Shown here: positions 38,520 to 48,439 of the stretch, piece after piece
Layout of the letters: every line of letters begins with the position of its first letter
Numbering within the stretch: position 1 is the first letter of the stretch
Source: Patescibacteria group bacterium
Lineage (GTDB): Bacteria; Patescibacteriota; Patescibacteriia; UBA2591; JAQUPP01
Assembly (NCBI GenBank): GCA_028716665.1
Contig: JAQUPP010000002.1
Coordinates: 75,717-139,716, forward strand
Direction: 5' to 3'
Length of the DNA: 64,000 nucleotides
The notes under the pieces: generated by a model
Told to the model about the DNA's origin: nothing
What the model saw: the letters and a program-made list of their open reading frames with translations, nothing else
Databases searched by the model: none
Program-made: the position numbers and the translations under genes

Positions 38520-38554
38520 CTAAGAAGCTAAAAAGCTAATTCCTAAAAAGCTAA
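38520..38554 (+). repeat. 35-bp exact repeat (ctaagaagctaaaaagctaattcctaaaaagctaa), copy 1 (S3-L16 spacer)
   Basis: Identical to 40172-40206. Confidence 0.85.
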
Positions 38555-38556
38555 TT

Positions 38557-38967
38557 ATGTTAATGCCACGAAAGGTAAAATATAGAAAAATGCATAAAGG
38601 GCGCCGACGCAATAAAAATTTGGCTTGTACCAAGGTTAGTTTGAATTTTGGAGAATACGGATTAAAAGGACTCGAAGCTTGCTGGATTACGGCTCGTCAA
38701 ATTGAAGCGGCTCGTCGTACTATCACTCGTTTTTTACACAAGGGTGGGAAAGTTTGGATTAGAGTTTTTCCTGATAAATCCGTAACTATGAAAGGAGCTG
38801 AAACTCCAATGGGCGGAGGAAAAGGAGCGGTTGACCATTATGTGGCAATTGTTAGAGCCGGAACTATTTTATTTGAAATTACCGGCGTGGATGAAGTAAC
38901 AGCCAAAGAAGCATTAACTTTAGCTTCTCATAAATTACCCATTAAAACTAAATTTTTGAAAAAATAA
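38557..38967 (+). CDS. rplP: 50S ribosomal protein L16
   Basis: Conserved L16 sequence. Confidence 0.9.
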   Translation: MLMPRKVKYRKMHKGRRRNKNLACTKVSLNFGEYGLKGLEACWITARQIEAARRTITRFLHKGGKVWIRVFPDKSVTMKGAETPMGGGKGAVDHYVAIVRAGTILFEITGVDEVTAKEALTLASHKLPIKTKFLKK

Positions 38968-38970
38968 ATT

Positions 38971-39156
38971 ATGAAAGTTAAAGAATTACGCCAAAAATCA
39001 AATGCTGAACTTACCGCTTTATTGGCGGATTTGAAAGAAAAATATCGCGGATTTCGTTTTGATATTCAATTGAAACAACAGAAAAATGTTAAAGAAATAG
39101 ATAAAGTTAAAAAAACAATTGCTAGAATCCTTACTATTTTAAAAGAAAAAATATGA
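38971..39156 (+). CDS. rpmC: 50S ribosomal protein L29
   Basis: Sequence and position. Confidence 0.85.
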   Translation: MKVKELRQKSNAELTALLADLKEKYRGFRFDIQLKQQKNVKEIDKVKKTIARILTILKEKI

Positions 39157-39386
39157 AAAGAGTTTTTAAAGGCATTGTAACAAGCAATAAGATGCAGAAA
39201 ACAATCGTTGTTAAGATTGATCGGATTAAGATACATCCATTATACAAAAAAAGATATAAATTCAGCAGAAAATATAAAGTTCATGATCCTAAAAATGAAG
39301 CTAAAATAGGACAGACTGTTGTTTTCGCAGAATGCAGGCCTTTATCTAAAGATAAAAAATGGAAATTAGTGGAGGTGGTTAAATAA
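39153..39386 (+). CDS. rpsQ: 30S ribosomal protein S17
   Basis: Sequence and position. Confidence 0.85.
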   Translation: MKRVFKGIVTSNKMQKTIVVKIDRIKIHPLYKKRYKFSRKYKVHDPKNEAKIGQTVVFAECRPLSKDKKWKLVEVVK

Positions 39387-39401
39387 AAATAAAATTATTT
39401 T

Positions 39402-39773
39402 ATGATTCAAGATAGATCAATTATAAAAGTAGCGGATAACACCGGAGCGAAAGAGCTGAGAGTTATTCATGTTTTTAAAGGATACAAAAGACGTTACGGC
39501 GGAATAGGGGATATTTTTACAGCTTCAATTCAAAGGGCCGTTCCTCATACTATGGTTAAAAAAGGAGAAGTGGTTCAGGCAGTTTTAATCAGAAGCAGAA
39601 AAGAAATAAGAAGACCGTCGGGAATCTATATCAGATTTGAAGATAACGCAGCGGTTATTATTGATAAAAAATCCAAAGAACCGCGCGGTACCAGAATTTT
39701 TGGCCCGGTAGCCAGAGAATTAAGAGATAAAGAATTCACTAAAATTATTTCCATGGCTCCGGAAGTGTTATAA
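39402..39773 (+). CDS. rplN: 50S ribosomal protein L14
   Basis: [18 protein letters not shown]. Confidence 0.9.
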   Translation: MIQDRSIIKVADNTGAKELRVIHVFKGYKRRYGGIGDIFTASIQRAVPHTMVKKGEVVQAVLIRSRKEIRRPSGIYIRFEDNAAVIIDKKSKEPRGTRIFGPVARELRDKEFTKIISMAPEVL

Positions 39774-39792
39774 TTTAGAATAAATTTTTGTT

Positions 39793-40101
39793 ATGAAAAT
39801 TAGAAAAGGAGATACAGTAAAAATGATGCAAGGTAAAGATCGCGGCAAAAAAGGCCGGGTAGTTAAGGTTTTCCCGCAAGAGAATAAAATTATGGTTGAA
39901 GAAATCAATATGGTGATTAAACATGTAAGAGCTAAGCGTGAAAATGAAAAAGGCCAACGAATCAGAAAACCAATGCCATTTAACGCTTCAAGAGTTTTAC
40001 TTGTTTGCCCAAAATGCGCTCAAACCATCAGAATTGCTTCAAAAGTATTGGCTGATGGAAGAAAAATAAGATTTTGCAAGAAATGTAAAGAAGTAATATA
40101 A
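39793..40101 (+). CDS. rplX: 50S ribosomal protein L24 (with a C-terminal CxxC...CxxC zinc ribbon)
   Basis: KIRKGDTVKMMQGKDRGKKG KOW motif plus a C-terminal Cys4. Confidence 0.85.
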   Translation: MKIRKGDTVKMMQGKDRGKKGRVVKVFPQENKIMVEEINMVIKHVRAKRENEKGQRIRKPMPFNASRVLLVCPKCAQTIRIASKVLADGRKIRFCKKCKEVI

Positions 40102-40171
40102 ATCAGCTTCTTAGCTGGTAGCTTCTTAGCTTTTTAGGGCTAGAAACTACAAAACCAACTTTAAAAATTTT

Positions 40172-40206
40172 CTAAGAAGCTAAAAAGCTAATTCCTAAAA
40201 AGCTAA
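40172..40206 (+). repeat. 35-bp exact repeat, copy 2 (L24-L5 spacer). Part of a larger imperfect inverted repeat (agcttcttagct ... agctaagaagct) at 40105-40204.
   Basis: Read directly. Confidence 0.85.
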
Positions 40207-40209
40207 AAT

Positions 40210-40755
40210 ATGAATTTAAAAACAAAATATTTAAAAGAAGCGGTTCCGGCCATGAAAGAAAAATTTGGCTATAAGAATGATATGGCGGTTCCGAAAATAA
40301 AAAAAGTGACGATTAATATCGGTTTAAATCGTGCAATAATGGAAAAAGATCAGAAATTTGTTGATTTGACTACTGATACGATATTGAGAATTACCGGACA
40401 ACAACCGGTTAAAACTTTATCTCAAAAATCAATTGCCGGTTTTAAAATCAGACAAGGACTTGTTGTCGGCTTGAAAGTTACCTTAAGAGGATCTAAAATG
40501 TATGATTTTTTGGAAAAATTAATTAAAATATCTTTTCCAAGAACAAGAGATTTCAGGGGTATTTCAATGAATAACGTTGATAAACAAGGTAACTTATCAA
40601 TCGGACTGAAGGAACAAATTGTTTTTCCTGAAATATCTCCGGAAAGCATCACTAAAGTTCACGGTCTTGAAATTATTATCACCACTTCAGCTAAAGAAAA
40701 AGAAAAAGGAATTGAACTTTTTAAACTAATAGGATTTCCATTCAAAAAATCTTAA
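40210..40755 (+). CDS. rplE: 50S ribosomal protein L5
   Basis: Conserved L5 sequence. Confidence 0.9.
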   Translation: MNLKTKYLKEAVPAMKEKFGYKNDMAVPKIKKVTINIGLNRAIMEKDQKFVDLTTDTILRITGQQPVKTLSQKSIAGFKIRQGLVVGLKVTLRGSKMYDFLEKLIKISFPRTRDFRGISMNNVDKQGNLSIGLKEQIVFPEISPESITKVHGLEIIITTSAKEKEKGIELFKLIGFPFKKS

Positions 40756-40757
40756 TT

Positions 40758-40943
40758 ATGGCAATTTTATCACAAATTTTAAAATCTCAAAGAAAACCTA
40801 AATTTGGAACGCGAATTGTCCGACGCTGTTGGCGTTGCGGCAGAAAAAGGGGATACATGAGAGATTTTGATTTATGCAGAATTTGTTTCCGAGAATTAGC
40901 CACCAAGGGTGCTATTCCCGGCATCAGAAAGAGCAGCTGGTAA
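40758..40943 (+). CDS. rpsZ: 30S ribosomal protein S14, type Z (zinc-binding)
   Basis: 61 aa with a CxxC...CxxC motif. Confidence 0.9.
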   Translation: MAILSQILKSQRKPKFGTRIVRRCWRCGRKRGYMRDFDLCRICFRELATKGAIPGIRKSSW

Positions 40944-41063
40944 GTTCATAAGTTAGTAAGTAGATAAGTTAAGAATTTAATGAAACATAACTTATATAAA
41001 TAAACTTAAAAATTTAAAAAAACTTATAAACTTATAATCTTAGTAAGCTTATAAACTTAATTT

Positions 41064-41486
41064 ATGGTAGATCCAATCGCAGATTTATTAACAAGAATTA
41101 GAAATGCCTCAGCGGTGAGAAAAGCTGAAGTTATTTTACCTTACTCTAAAATTAAATTTGAGATGGTAAGTCTTTTAGAGAGAGAGGGGTTGATTGAAAA
41201 AGCTGAAATTACTGAAGCTGATTCAAAGAAAAATAAAGATGTTTTAGCGGCTAATTTTAAACAAATTAAAATAATTTTAAAATATAGCAGAAACGGACAA
41301 TCGGCTATCACTAATTTAAAGCGTGTTTCCACTCCCGGCAGACGGATTTATGTTAAAAAAGGCAGAGCGCCAAGAGTATTGGATGGATTGGGAATATCAA
41401 TTTTAACCACTTCTCAAGGCATTATGACCAATAAAGAAGCGTACAAAAAGGGTTTAGGAGGAGAATTAATTTGTCAAATTTGGTAA
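41064..41486 (+). CDS. rpsH: 30S ribosomal protein S8
   Basis: DPIADLLTRIRNA. Confidence 0.9.
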   Translation: MVDPIADLLTRIRNASAVRKAEVILPYSKIKFEMVSLLEREGLIEKAEITEADSKKNKDVLAANFKQIKIILKYSRNGQSAITNLKRVSTPGRRIYVKKGRAPRVLDGLGISILTTSQGIMTNKEAYKKGLGGELICQIW

Positions 41487-41495
41487 TTAAATTAT

Positions 41496-42044
41496 ATGTC
41501 ACGTATCGGAAAAAAAATTATTTCTATTCCGCAAGGAACAGAAGTCAAAATTAAAGATCAGCATATTTCTGTAAAGGGGCCGAAGGGGACCATGGATTTG
41601 GATTTTCCTTCTTTTATAATGGTTAAAAGTGAAAATAATGAAATATTGGTAACAGTGACAAATCCCGAAGATAAGACAGAAAGATCTTTATGGGGAACTA
41701 TGAATCGATTGATTTCGAATATGGTTCATGGAACTAAAAATGGATTTGAGAAAAAACTTGAATTAGTGGGTATTGGTTTTAAGGCCCAGGTAACCGGTCA
41801 AAAATTAACTTTAAACATAGGTTTTTCCCATCCGGTGGAATTTCCTTTTTCAAAAGATATTGAAATAAAAATAGAGAAAAATATTCTTACTATTGGCGGA
41901 ATTGACAAGCAGGCAGTTGGCAATGTAGCCGCTAAAATAAGAAAATTAAAACCACCGGAGCCTTATAAGGGGACTGGTATCAGATATCTTGGTGAGGTTG
42001 TGAAGAAGAAGGCAGGTAAAAAAGTCTCAGCTACATCTTCCTAA
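41496..42044 (+). CDS. rplF: 50S ribosomal protein L6
   Basis: MSRIGKKII. Confidence 0.9.
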   Translation: MSRIGKKIISIPQGTEVKIKDQHISVKGPKGTMDLDFPSFIMVKSENNEILVTVTNPEDKTERSLWGTMNRLISNMVHGTKNGFEKKLELVGIGFKAQVTGQKLTLNIGFSHPVEFPFSKDIEIKIEKNILTIGGIDKQAVGNVAAKIRKLKPPEPYKGTGIRYLGEVVKKKAGKKVSATSS

Positions 42045-42061
42045 AATATAAATAAAAAATT

Positions 42062-42445
42062 ATGGCTACTGATTCTAAAATATTATTACGAAAAAAGAGG
42101 CATCTTCGCATTCGAGCGAAGATTAAAGGGACGGCGGAACGCCCCAGACTTTCTGTTTTTAAAAGTAATAAATATATTTACGCTCAATTGATTGATGACG
42201 ACAAAGGAGTAACTCTTGAATCGGCTTGCAGTTTGAATTTAAAGAAAAGCAGTGATAAAATGGAAACTAATGAAAAATATTCCACCGGTAAAAAAGCAGT
42301 TGCTTTTTTAGTCGGACAGTTAATCGCTAAAAAAGGATTAGAAAAGGGAACCAAAGAAGTTGTTTTTGATAGAGGGGGATATAAATATCAAGGTAGAATA
42401 GAAGCAATAGCCGAAGGAGCCAGAGCGGGCGGATTGAAATTTTAA
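42062..42445 (+). CDS. rplR: 50S ribosomal protein L18
   Basis: Sequence and position. Confidence 0.85.
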   Translation: MATDSKILLRKKRHLRIRAKIKGTAERPRLSVFKSNKYIYAQLIDDDKGVTLESACSLNLKKSSDKMETNEKYSTGKKAVAFLVGQLIAKKGLEKGTKEVVFDRGGYKYQGRIEAIAEGARAGGLKF

Positions 42446-42474
42446 TTTTAATATTGAAATACTAAAAATTTAAT

Positions 42475-42960
42475 ATGATGCAACAAAGATCAAATCGTAG
42501 AAATGCCTCTGAATCAAAAGTTGAGCCTGAATTCAAACAACAATTGATTGAATTGGCCAGGGTAACCAGGGTGGTCCAGGGCGGAAAACGCATGAGTTTT
42601 CGCGCTTGTATTGCTATTGGCAATTGCAAGGGTGATGTTGGCGTGGGAGTGGCAAAAGGCGCTGATGTATCTTTAGCTATGACAAAGGCCACAAGAGAAG
42701 CAAACAAAAATTTAATTAAAATACCTATTACTGACGAAACTATTCCTCATTGGGTGAAAGTTAAAGAAGGATCGGCGGTAATTTTATTAAGACCGGCGGA
42801 GAAAGGACACGGGATTGTGGCGGGCGGAGTATCCAGAGTTATACTGGCCTTAACCGGTATTAAAAATATCACTGCTAAAACATTAGGTTCTCGCAATAAA
42901 ATTAATAATGCTAGGGCGACAATTAAAGCCCTTCAAGCTTTAAGATATGATAGAATATAA
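42475..42960 (+). CDS. rpsE: 30S ribosomal protein S5
   Basis: Conserved S5 sequence. Confidence 0.9.
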   Translation: MMQQRSNRRNASESKVEPEFKQQLIELARVTRVVQGGKRMSFRACIAIGNCKGDVGVGVAKGADVSLAMTKATREANKNLIKIPITDETIPHWVKVKEGSAVILLRPAEKGHGIVAGGVSRVILALTGIKNITAKTLGSRNKINNARATIKALQALRYDRI

Positions 42961-42962
42961 TT

Positions 42963-43454
42963 ATGGCTATTTCTTTATCAAAATTAACTCCTAAAATTAA
43001 TTCTCGTCATCGCAGAAAAGTTGTCGGCAGAGGCAATGCCTCAGGACACGGCTGCTATTCATGTCGCGGATTAAAAGGACAAAGAGCAAGAACAGGTGGC
43101 AAAAGAAAATTAAAACTTATGGGATTTAAAACTGTTTTAAGGCGCATCCCAAAGTTGGGAGGCTTTAAAAGTATTTATCCTAAATTAGTTGTAATAAATT
43201 TAGACATATTGGAGAAAAAATTCAGCAATGAAGCGACAATTGACCCGGAAAAATTGGTTGAAATCGGTTTGGTTAAGAAAATGCAAAAATCAAACGGAAT
43301 AAAAATTTTAGGCAATGGTAAGTTAACCAAAAAATTTATCGTTAAAGCGCAGGCCTTTTCTAAATCGGCTACTGAAGCCATTGAAAAAGCCGGCGGCCAA
43401 GCGATTAAAATAACGGTTTTGTCTGCAAAGGCAAGTCCGAAGGACGAAGCCTGA
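42963..43454 (+). CDS. rplO: 50S ribosomal protein L15 (follows S5 directly; there is no L30 gene)
   Basis: Conserved L15 sequence. Confidence 0.9.
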   Translation: MAISLSKLTPKINSRHRRKVVGRGNASGHGCYSCRGLKGQRARTGGKRKLKLMGFKTVLRRIPKLGGFKSIYPKLVVINLDILEKKFSNEATIDPEKLVEIGLVKKMQKSNGIKILGNGKLTKKFIVKAQAFSKSATEAIEKAGGQAIKITVLSAKASPKDEA

Positions 43455-43654
43455 GTAGAAACAAAACCCTTACCCCCTCCTTTATCTCAACGATAAACTT
43501 TCGATAATCGTTAAGATAAAAGGCGAAGCCGCTTCGCTTACGGCGTATCGTAAAAGGATAGACCCCCGATGGAGTAAAGAAGGGGGTACGCAAAATTGTA
43601 GTTAAAAATTTTGCTCCGCCAGCTGGTGGATTAAATAAATTAAATAATTTTGGT

Positions 43655-44929
43655 ATGTTGGAAAAATTAAGGAGAATTTGGGATATCAGAGAATTGAGAA
43701 AAAAACTGCTTTTTGTTATAGGAATGCTGGTTGTTTTTAGAATTGCCGCTCATATTCCGGTTCCCGGAATTAACGTGGCCAATCTTCAAGATTTTTTCTC
43801 CCGTAATCAGGTTTTGGGCATGTTGAATATTCTCTCCGGTGGAGCAATGAGTAATTTTTCTTTAGTCGCTTTAGGCGTTGGTCCTTATATCACCGCCTCT
43901 ATTATTATGCAGCTTTTAACAATGATCGTGCCTCGCCTTGAAGCTTTAAGCAAAGAGGGTTCAACCGGTTATCAAAAAATTAATCAATATTCCAGATTAA
44001 TTACCGTACCTTTAGCAATTCTTCAAGCTTACGCCATGATTATGATTTTTAAACAATCAAGTCAGCATTTGATTGAATTCACTTCAAAAATACAGATGAT
44101 TAATACCATCATTATTATGACGGCTGGAACTATTTTCCTGATGTGGATAGGTGAACTTATTACTGAAAAGAAAGTAGGTAATGGTATTTCTTTAATCATT
44201 TTTGCCGGTATCGTTGAACAATTGCCGATTTCTTTGCAGCAATCAATTGTTACTTTTGACAAAGCGCAAATTTTTAATTTTTTAATACTCGGTATCTTGG
44301 CTTTAATTACAATTGCCGGAGTTGTCCTTTTAACCGAAGGACAAAGAAATATTCCGGTTACTTATGCTCGCAGAATTCGCGGTAATAGAATGTTTGGCGG
44401 AATGGACACATACTTGCCGTTAAAAGTTAATCAAGCAGGAATGATCCCGATCATCTTTGCTATTTCAATTGTCTTGTTTCCCGGTTTTATCGGCCAATTA
44501 ATGGGTCGGTCGGGTACGGCTTGGATCGCCGGTTTAGGTTCGCATATGGTGACTCTTTTTCAAAATCAAATTATTTACGGTTTAAGCTATTTTATTTTAG
44601 TTGTTGCGTTCACTTATTTTTATACAAGTATTATTTTTCATCCGACTCAAATCGCTGATAATTTGCAAAAACAAGGTGGATTTGTACCGGGTCTTAGACC
44701 GGGTCAACCAACAGCAAGTTATCTGTCTTCAATCAGCAATCGAATTATGCTGGCAGGCGCAACCGCTTTGGGTCTTGTCGCCATTTTACCTATTATTACT
44801 CAAGGAGCTTTTAAAATAAATTCTTTCACTATCGGTGGTGCCGGTATTTTAATCGTCGTCAGTGTTGTTTTGGAAACGGTTAAACAGGTTCAATCTCAAA
44901 TTTCCATGTACGAATACGAAGATTTATAA
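43655..44929 (+). CDS. secY: preprotein translocase subunit SecY
   Basis: Ten TM helices and conserved SecY motifs. Confidence 0.95.
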   Translation: MLEKLRRIWDIRELRKKLLFVIGMLVVFRIAAHIPVPGINVANLQDFFSRNQVLGMLNILSGGAMSNFSLVALGVGPYITASIIMQLLTMIVPRLEALSKEGSTGYQKINQYSRLITVPLAILQAYAMIMIFKQSSQHLIEFTSKIQMINTIIIMTAGTIFLMWIGELITEKKVGNGISLIIFAGIVEQLPISLQQSIVTFDKAQIFNFLILGILALITIAGVVLLTEGQRNIPVTYARRIRGNRMFGGMDTYLPLKVNQAGMIPIIFAISIVLFPGFIGQLMGRSGTAWIAGLGSHMVTLFQNQIIYGLSYFILVVAFTYFYTSIIFHPTQIADNLQKQGGFVPGLRPGQPTASYLSSISNRIMLAGATALGLVAILPIITQGAFKINSFTIGGAGILIVVSVVLETVKQVQSQISMYEYEDL

Positions 44930-44995
44930 TTTTTGAAATTTTAAAATTAGCCCTTGTCCTGTAAGGGGACCTTGGCAAAACAAAGGAGGTAAAAA

Positions 44996-45652
44996 ATGAA
45001 CAAATCTTTAAAAATTGTTTTGATCGGCCAACCTGGTTCCGGTAAAGGTACCCAGGTAGATTTAATACACAAAAATTTGGGATTGGTTCTGATTCCTTCA
45101 CCTGGAGATATTTATCGAGATCCGGAGTTCAGGAAAACAAAGTGGGGAGAAATTGTTGCTCCGATAATTGACAGAGGAGAATTCGCTCCGAATGATATAA
45201 CCAATCAGATTATGAAAGAGAAATTTGCCATTTTAACAGATAATGGCAAAACAGGATTTATTTCCGAAGGTTATCCTCGAACCATGGGTCAGGCTGAATT
45301 TACTGACAAAGAAATAGGTATTGATTTCTTGATTAATTTAGAGGTTCCTAAAGATATGATTGTAGGGAGATTGTCAGGCCGTCGCATTTGTCCGCAGTGT
45401 AAAAAAAATTATCATCTGGTTACTTTACCGCCAAAAAAAGATGAAATTTGTGACATTTGCCAGGTGTCTTTGGTGCAACGAGAAGATGACAAACCGGAAG
45501 CGATTACAAAAAGACTTGATGTTTATCATCAAACAGCCGAACCAACTATTGAATATTATCGCCGACAAAATAAGGTAATTGATATCAACGGCAATCAATC
45601 AGTGGAAAAGGTTTTTGAAGATATAAAACAGGCCTTAGAAAAATATCTATGA
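44996..45652 (+). CDS. adk: adenylate kinase (zinc-binding lid CPQC...CDIC)
   Basis: GQPGSGKGTQ P-loop. Confidence 0.9.
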   Translation: MNKSLKIVLIGQPGSGKGTQVDLIHKNLGLVLIPSPGDIYRDPEFRKTKWGEIVAPIIDRGEFAPNDITNQIMKEKFAILTDNGKTGFISEGYPRTMGQAEFTDKEIGIDFLINLEVPKDMIVGRLSGRRICPQCKKNYHLVTLPPKKDEICDICQVSLVQREDDKPEAITKRLDVYHQTAEPTIEYYRRQNKVIDINGNQSVEKVFEDIKQALEKYL

Positions 45653-46407
45653 TTCCTATTAAAGACGAAAGAGAGATTGAAATCATGCGCCAAGCTGGGC
45701 GCATTTTGTCTGAAGTAATAAAAAAAATCGTCCCGATGATTAATCGGGACGATTCTACTTTAAATTTGGATAAATTGGCCGAAAAATTGATTATTGAAGC
45801 CGGAGCGCAGCCTGCCTTTAAAGGTTACGGCTCGGGCCGAAATGCTTATCCGGCCACTCTTTGTATTTCCATAAATAATGAAGTTGTTCACGGCATACCC
45901 AGACAAGATAAAAAATTTAAACAAGGCGATATTGTCGGTTTGGATTGCGGGGTAAAATATAAGGGTTATTTTTCCGATATGGCGGTTACGGTGCCGGTGG
46001 GCAAGATTTCTCCCGAGGCGCAGCGCTTGATAAATGTAACTAAAAATTCTTTGAATTTGGCAATCAAAAAAATAAAACCAAATATTTATTTGGGCGATAT
46101 TTCTTATGAAATACAAAATTATGTGGAAAAAAATAAATTTTCCGTTGTTCGTCATTTTTGCGGTCATGGTATTGGCAAAGAACTTCACGAAGAACCTTCT
46201 ATTTTGAATTTTGGCAAAAAGGGGACTGGGCCTAAACTATTGCCGGGCATGGTCTTAGCTTTTGAGCCAATGGTTAATCAAGGCCGTTATGAAGTGGAGG
46301 TTTCAGGTGATGGATGGACTGTAGTGACTAAGGACGGCTCTTTATCCGCTCATTTTGAACACACGATTTTGGTCACCAAAAAGGGCTGCGAAGTTTTGAC
46401 CAGATAA
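45649..46407 (+). CDS. map: methionine aminopeptidase type I
   Basis: Conserved metal-binding residues (D, D, H, E, E) in the expected pattern. Confidence 0.9.
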   Translation: MIPIKDEREIEIMRQAGRILSEVIKKIVPMINRDDSTLNLDKLAEKLIIEAGAQPAFKGYGSGRNAYPATLCISINNEVVHGIPRQDKKFKQGDIVGLDCGVKYKGYFSDMAVTVPVGKISPEAQRLINVTKNSLNLAIKKIKPNIYLGDISYEIQNYVEKNKFSVVRHFCGHGIGKELHEEPSILNFGKKGTGPKLLPGMVLAFEPMVNQGRYEVEVSGDGWTVVTKDGSLSAHFEHTILVTKKGCEVLTR

Positions 46408-46458
46408 TTTTAAATTATCTGGAAAGAAAAGGGACCGCTTTTGTGGCGGCCCTTTTGA

Positions 46459-46887
46459 TTAATAGGTATAGAGACTACAATAGTCTATCCAATGTGGGTA
46501 TAGTCGTTTAGTAGCACTAAGACTACTATTATAATGTACGACTGGATTTGGTTTGTATATCTTTTCGTTAGTTTTTTGACGAAGAGAGTCAAGCCATTTT
46601 TGGTTTGCAATAATAGAATTTTCACAAATTCTTAGTATATCCAGTTCTTCTTCACTGGTTCTAATATCCTTGAGAGTCAAGCCGCCCTTTGTAAGTTCCT
46701 TTCTGAGTAAGTTAAGTTGATCATCATAGTTAGGAACTCCACCAAGACGAAGATGTTCGAGTAAACCATAAGCTGTTTTATAACTCTCGGTATGTGTAAC
46801 TTTATATCTCTTAATGAATTCGCTATCGTTTGTTACGCAAATTACTACGGTACAGAATATCCAAGTTTCAACCCAAAATTTTTTCAT
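46459..46887 (-). CDS. hypothetical secreted protein (has a signal peptide)
   Basis: N-terminal hydrophobic signal. No known motifs. Confidence 0.4.
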   Translation of the reverse strand: MKKFWVETWIFCTVVICVTNDSEFIKRYKVTHTESYKTAYGLLEHLRLGGVPNYDDQLNLLRKELTKGGLTLKDIRTSEEELDILRICENSIIANQKWLDSLRQKTNEKIYKPNPVVHYNSSLSATKRLYPHWIDYCSLYTY

Positions 46888-46967
46888 TTTCCCCTCCCTT
46901 TTTTAAATAACCGGTTTATATTTTATATAAATATTATAGCAAATTTTTGCTTTTTGTCAAGATGAGA

Positions 46968-48350
46968 TTATTTTAATTCAGCCGGCATTTTAAAATCAAT
47001 TTTGGTTGGTTTGATGTATTTGGCAATTAGTTCGCGAGTGTTGTTGACGTTTAATTGTTCAGCCAGAAAACTGAATTTTTCACCAATGACTTGGCAAAAT
47101 TTTTCTTTGATTTCAGGGCTGATTTGAGAAATTTCTTTTTCAAATGCACCCCAAGTTTTTTTTCTTAAATTATACAAAAATTGTTCATCGTTCCAATTTT
47201 CTTTTCGTTCTTTTTGGCAGTTATTTTTAAGCCAATCATACATTTTTTCTTTCAAATCTTGAGGAAAATATGGGTTGTCTAAAATAATGTTTTGAAAAGC
47301 CGTGGCCAAATGAATTTCCAGAACTTGATTTTGGGTGAATTTATTGAACATTTCATCTTTCAAAGTGGAGGCGCCGTGAGCTACTGCGCCGCCTAATCCA
47401 TATTCTTGGCAGGCGATTTGTCCGAGATTTTTAAGAGTGTCAAAATCAATTTCTATATCGGCCATTTTGCCGTCTGCCAGCATTATGCCGCCATGGCTGG
47501 TGCCTGATTGGACGCTGATTTTGGAAAGGCCTGTGGAAATATTTGAATTTTTTAAAATTTGGTTATAATTGTTTAAAAATGCTTTCAGCTCTTCGGGGGT
47601 TGAATTTTTTTTGCCGATTTCTCCGATTTCTCCGCCAATGGAAACGGTTATATCTTTTGGCTCCAGTTTTCTGATAAATGATGTCAGCTCGGCCGTGGTT
47701 TCAAAATTTTTTCTTTGTTGTTCTTCAAGTGAAGATTGGGTTAAATCAACCAAAGTGGAGGCGTCTATGTCAATATTATAAAAACCGGCTTCAATGGATT
47801 CTTTAATTGTATTTTTTAAATTATTTAATTCTTGCTCGGGATTTTCTTGATATTTTTTTAAATTTATTTGGCCGTGATCTAATTGAATAAATACTGGTCC
47901 GGAAAATCCTTGTTTGATCGCCGCGGCCAAAATAACAGCCGCGTATTCAATAGGGGGTTGGGCGGTATAAACCATTTCCGTGCGAGCCAATTCAAAAATA
48001 AAAGCACCGATATTTTTTTTAATCGCTGTTTGAAAAATAACCTGGGCTGATTCATAAGTTAATCCTCGTAAATTCATGGCCGGCACGGTTATATCTTTAA
48101 ATTCTCCGCGGCCATGAGCCAGATAAAAATCGTTAATTGAAGCCGGATAAACGTTTAATTTTTGGCCGATTTTTAAAATCAGCCAATGGCAAGCTTTTTT
48201 AATCGCTAAATCATCGTTTAAAGCCGCGTTTTCCGCCAACTCGTCAATAGTTTCGTTTAATTGTTCTTTATCTAAAATATCCAAGCCGTCATTTTCTATT
48301 TTTATGGCCTTGATATTTTGAATTAAATCTGGAATATTTTTATAAATCAT
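46968..48350 (-). CDS. class II (metal-dependent) fructose/tagatose-bisphosphate aldolase family protein with an N-terminal extension of about 130 aa
   Basis: Motif layout VFIQLDHG, IDIDAS, IGGEIGEIG, QSGTSHGG parallels class II FBA. Confidence 0.55.
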   Translation of the reverse strand: MIYKNIPDLIQNIKAIKIENDGLDILDKEQLNETIDELAENAALNDDLAIKKACHWLILKIGQKLNVYPASINDFYLAHGRGEFKDITVPAMNLRGLTYESAQVIFQTAIKKNIGAFIFELARTEMVYTAQPPIEYAAVILAAAIKQGFSGPVFIQLDHGQINLKKYQENPEQELNNLKNTIKESIEAGFYNIDIDASTLVDLTQSSLEEQQRKNFETTAELTSFIRKLEPKDITVSIGGEIGEIGKKNSTPEELKAFLNNYNQILKNSNISTGLSKISVQSGTSHGGIMLADGKMADIEIDFDTLKNLGQIACQEYGLGGAVAHGASTLKDEMFNKFTQNQVLEIHLATAFQNIILDNPYFPQDLKEKMYDWLKNNCQKERKENWNDEQFLYNLRKKTWGAFEKEISQISPEIKEKFCQVIGEKFSFLAEQLNVNNTRELIAKYIKPTKIDFKMPAELK

Positions 48351-48439
48351 ACTTTAATCATAAGCTGATTTTTATGTTTAGTCAACTAAAACAGCGAGAC
48401 CGTTGATAAGCGGCCTCGCTGTTTTTATATAAATAATCT

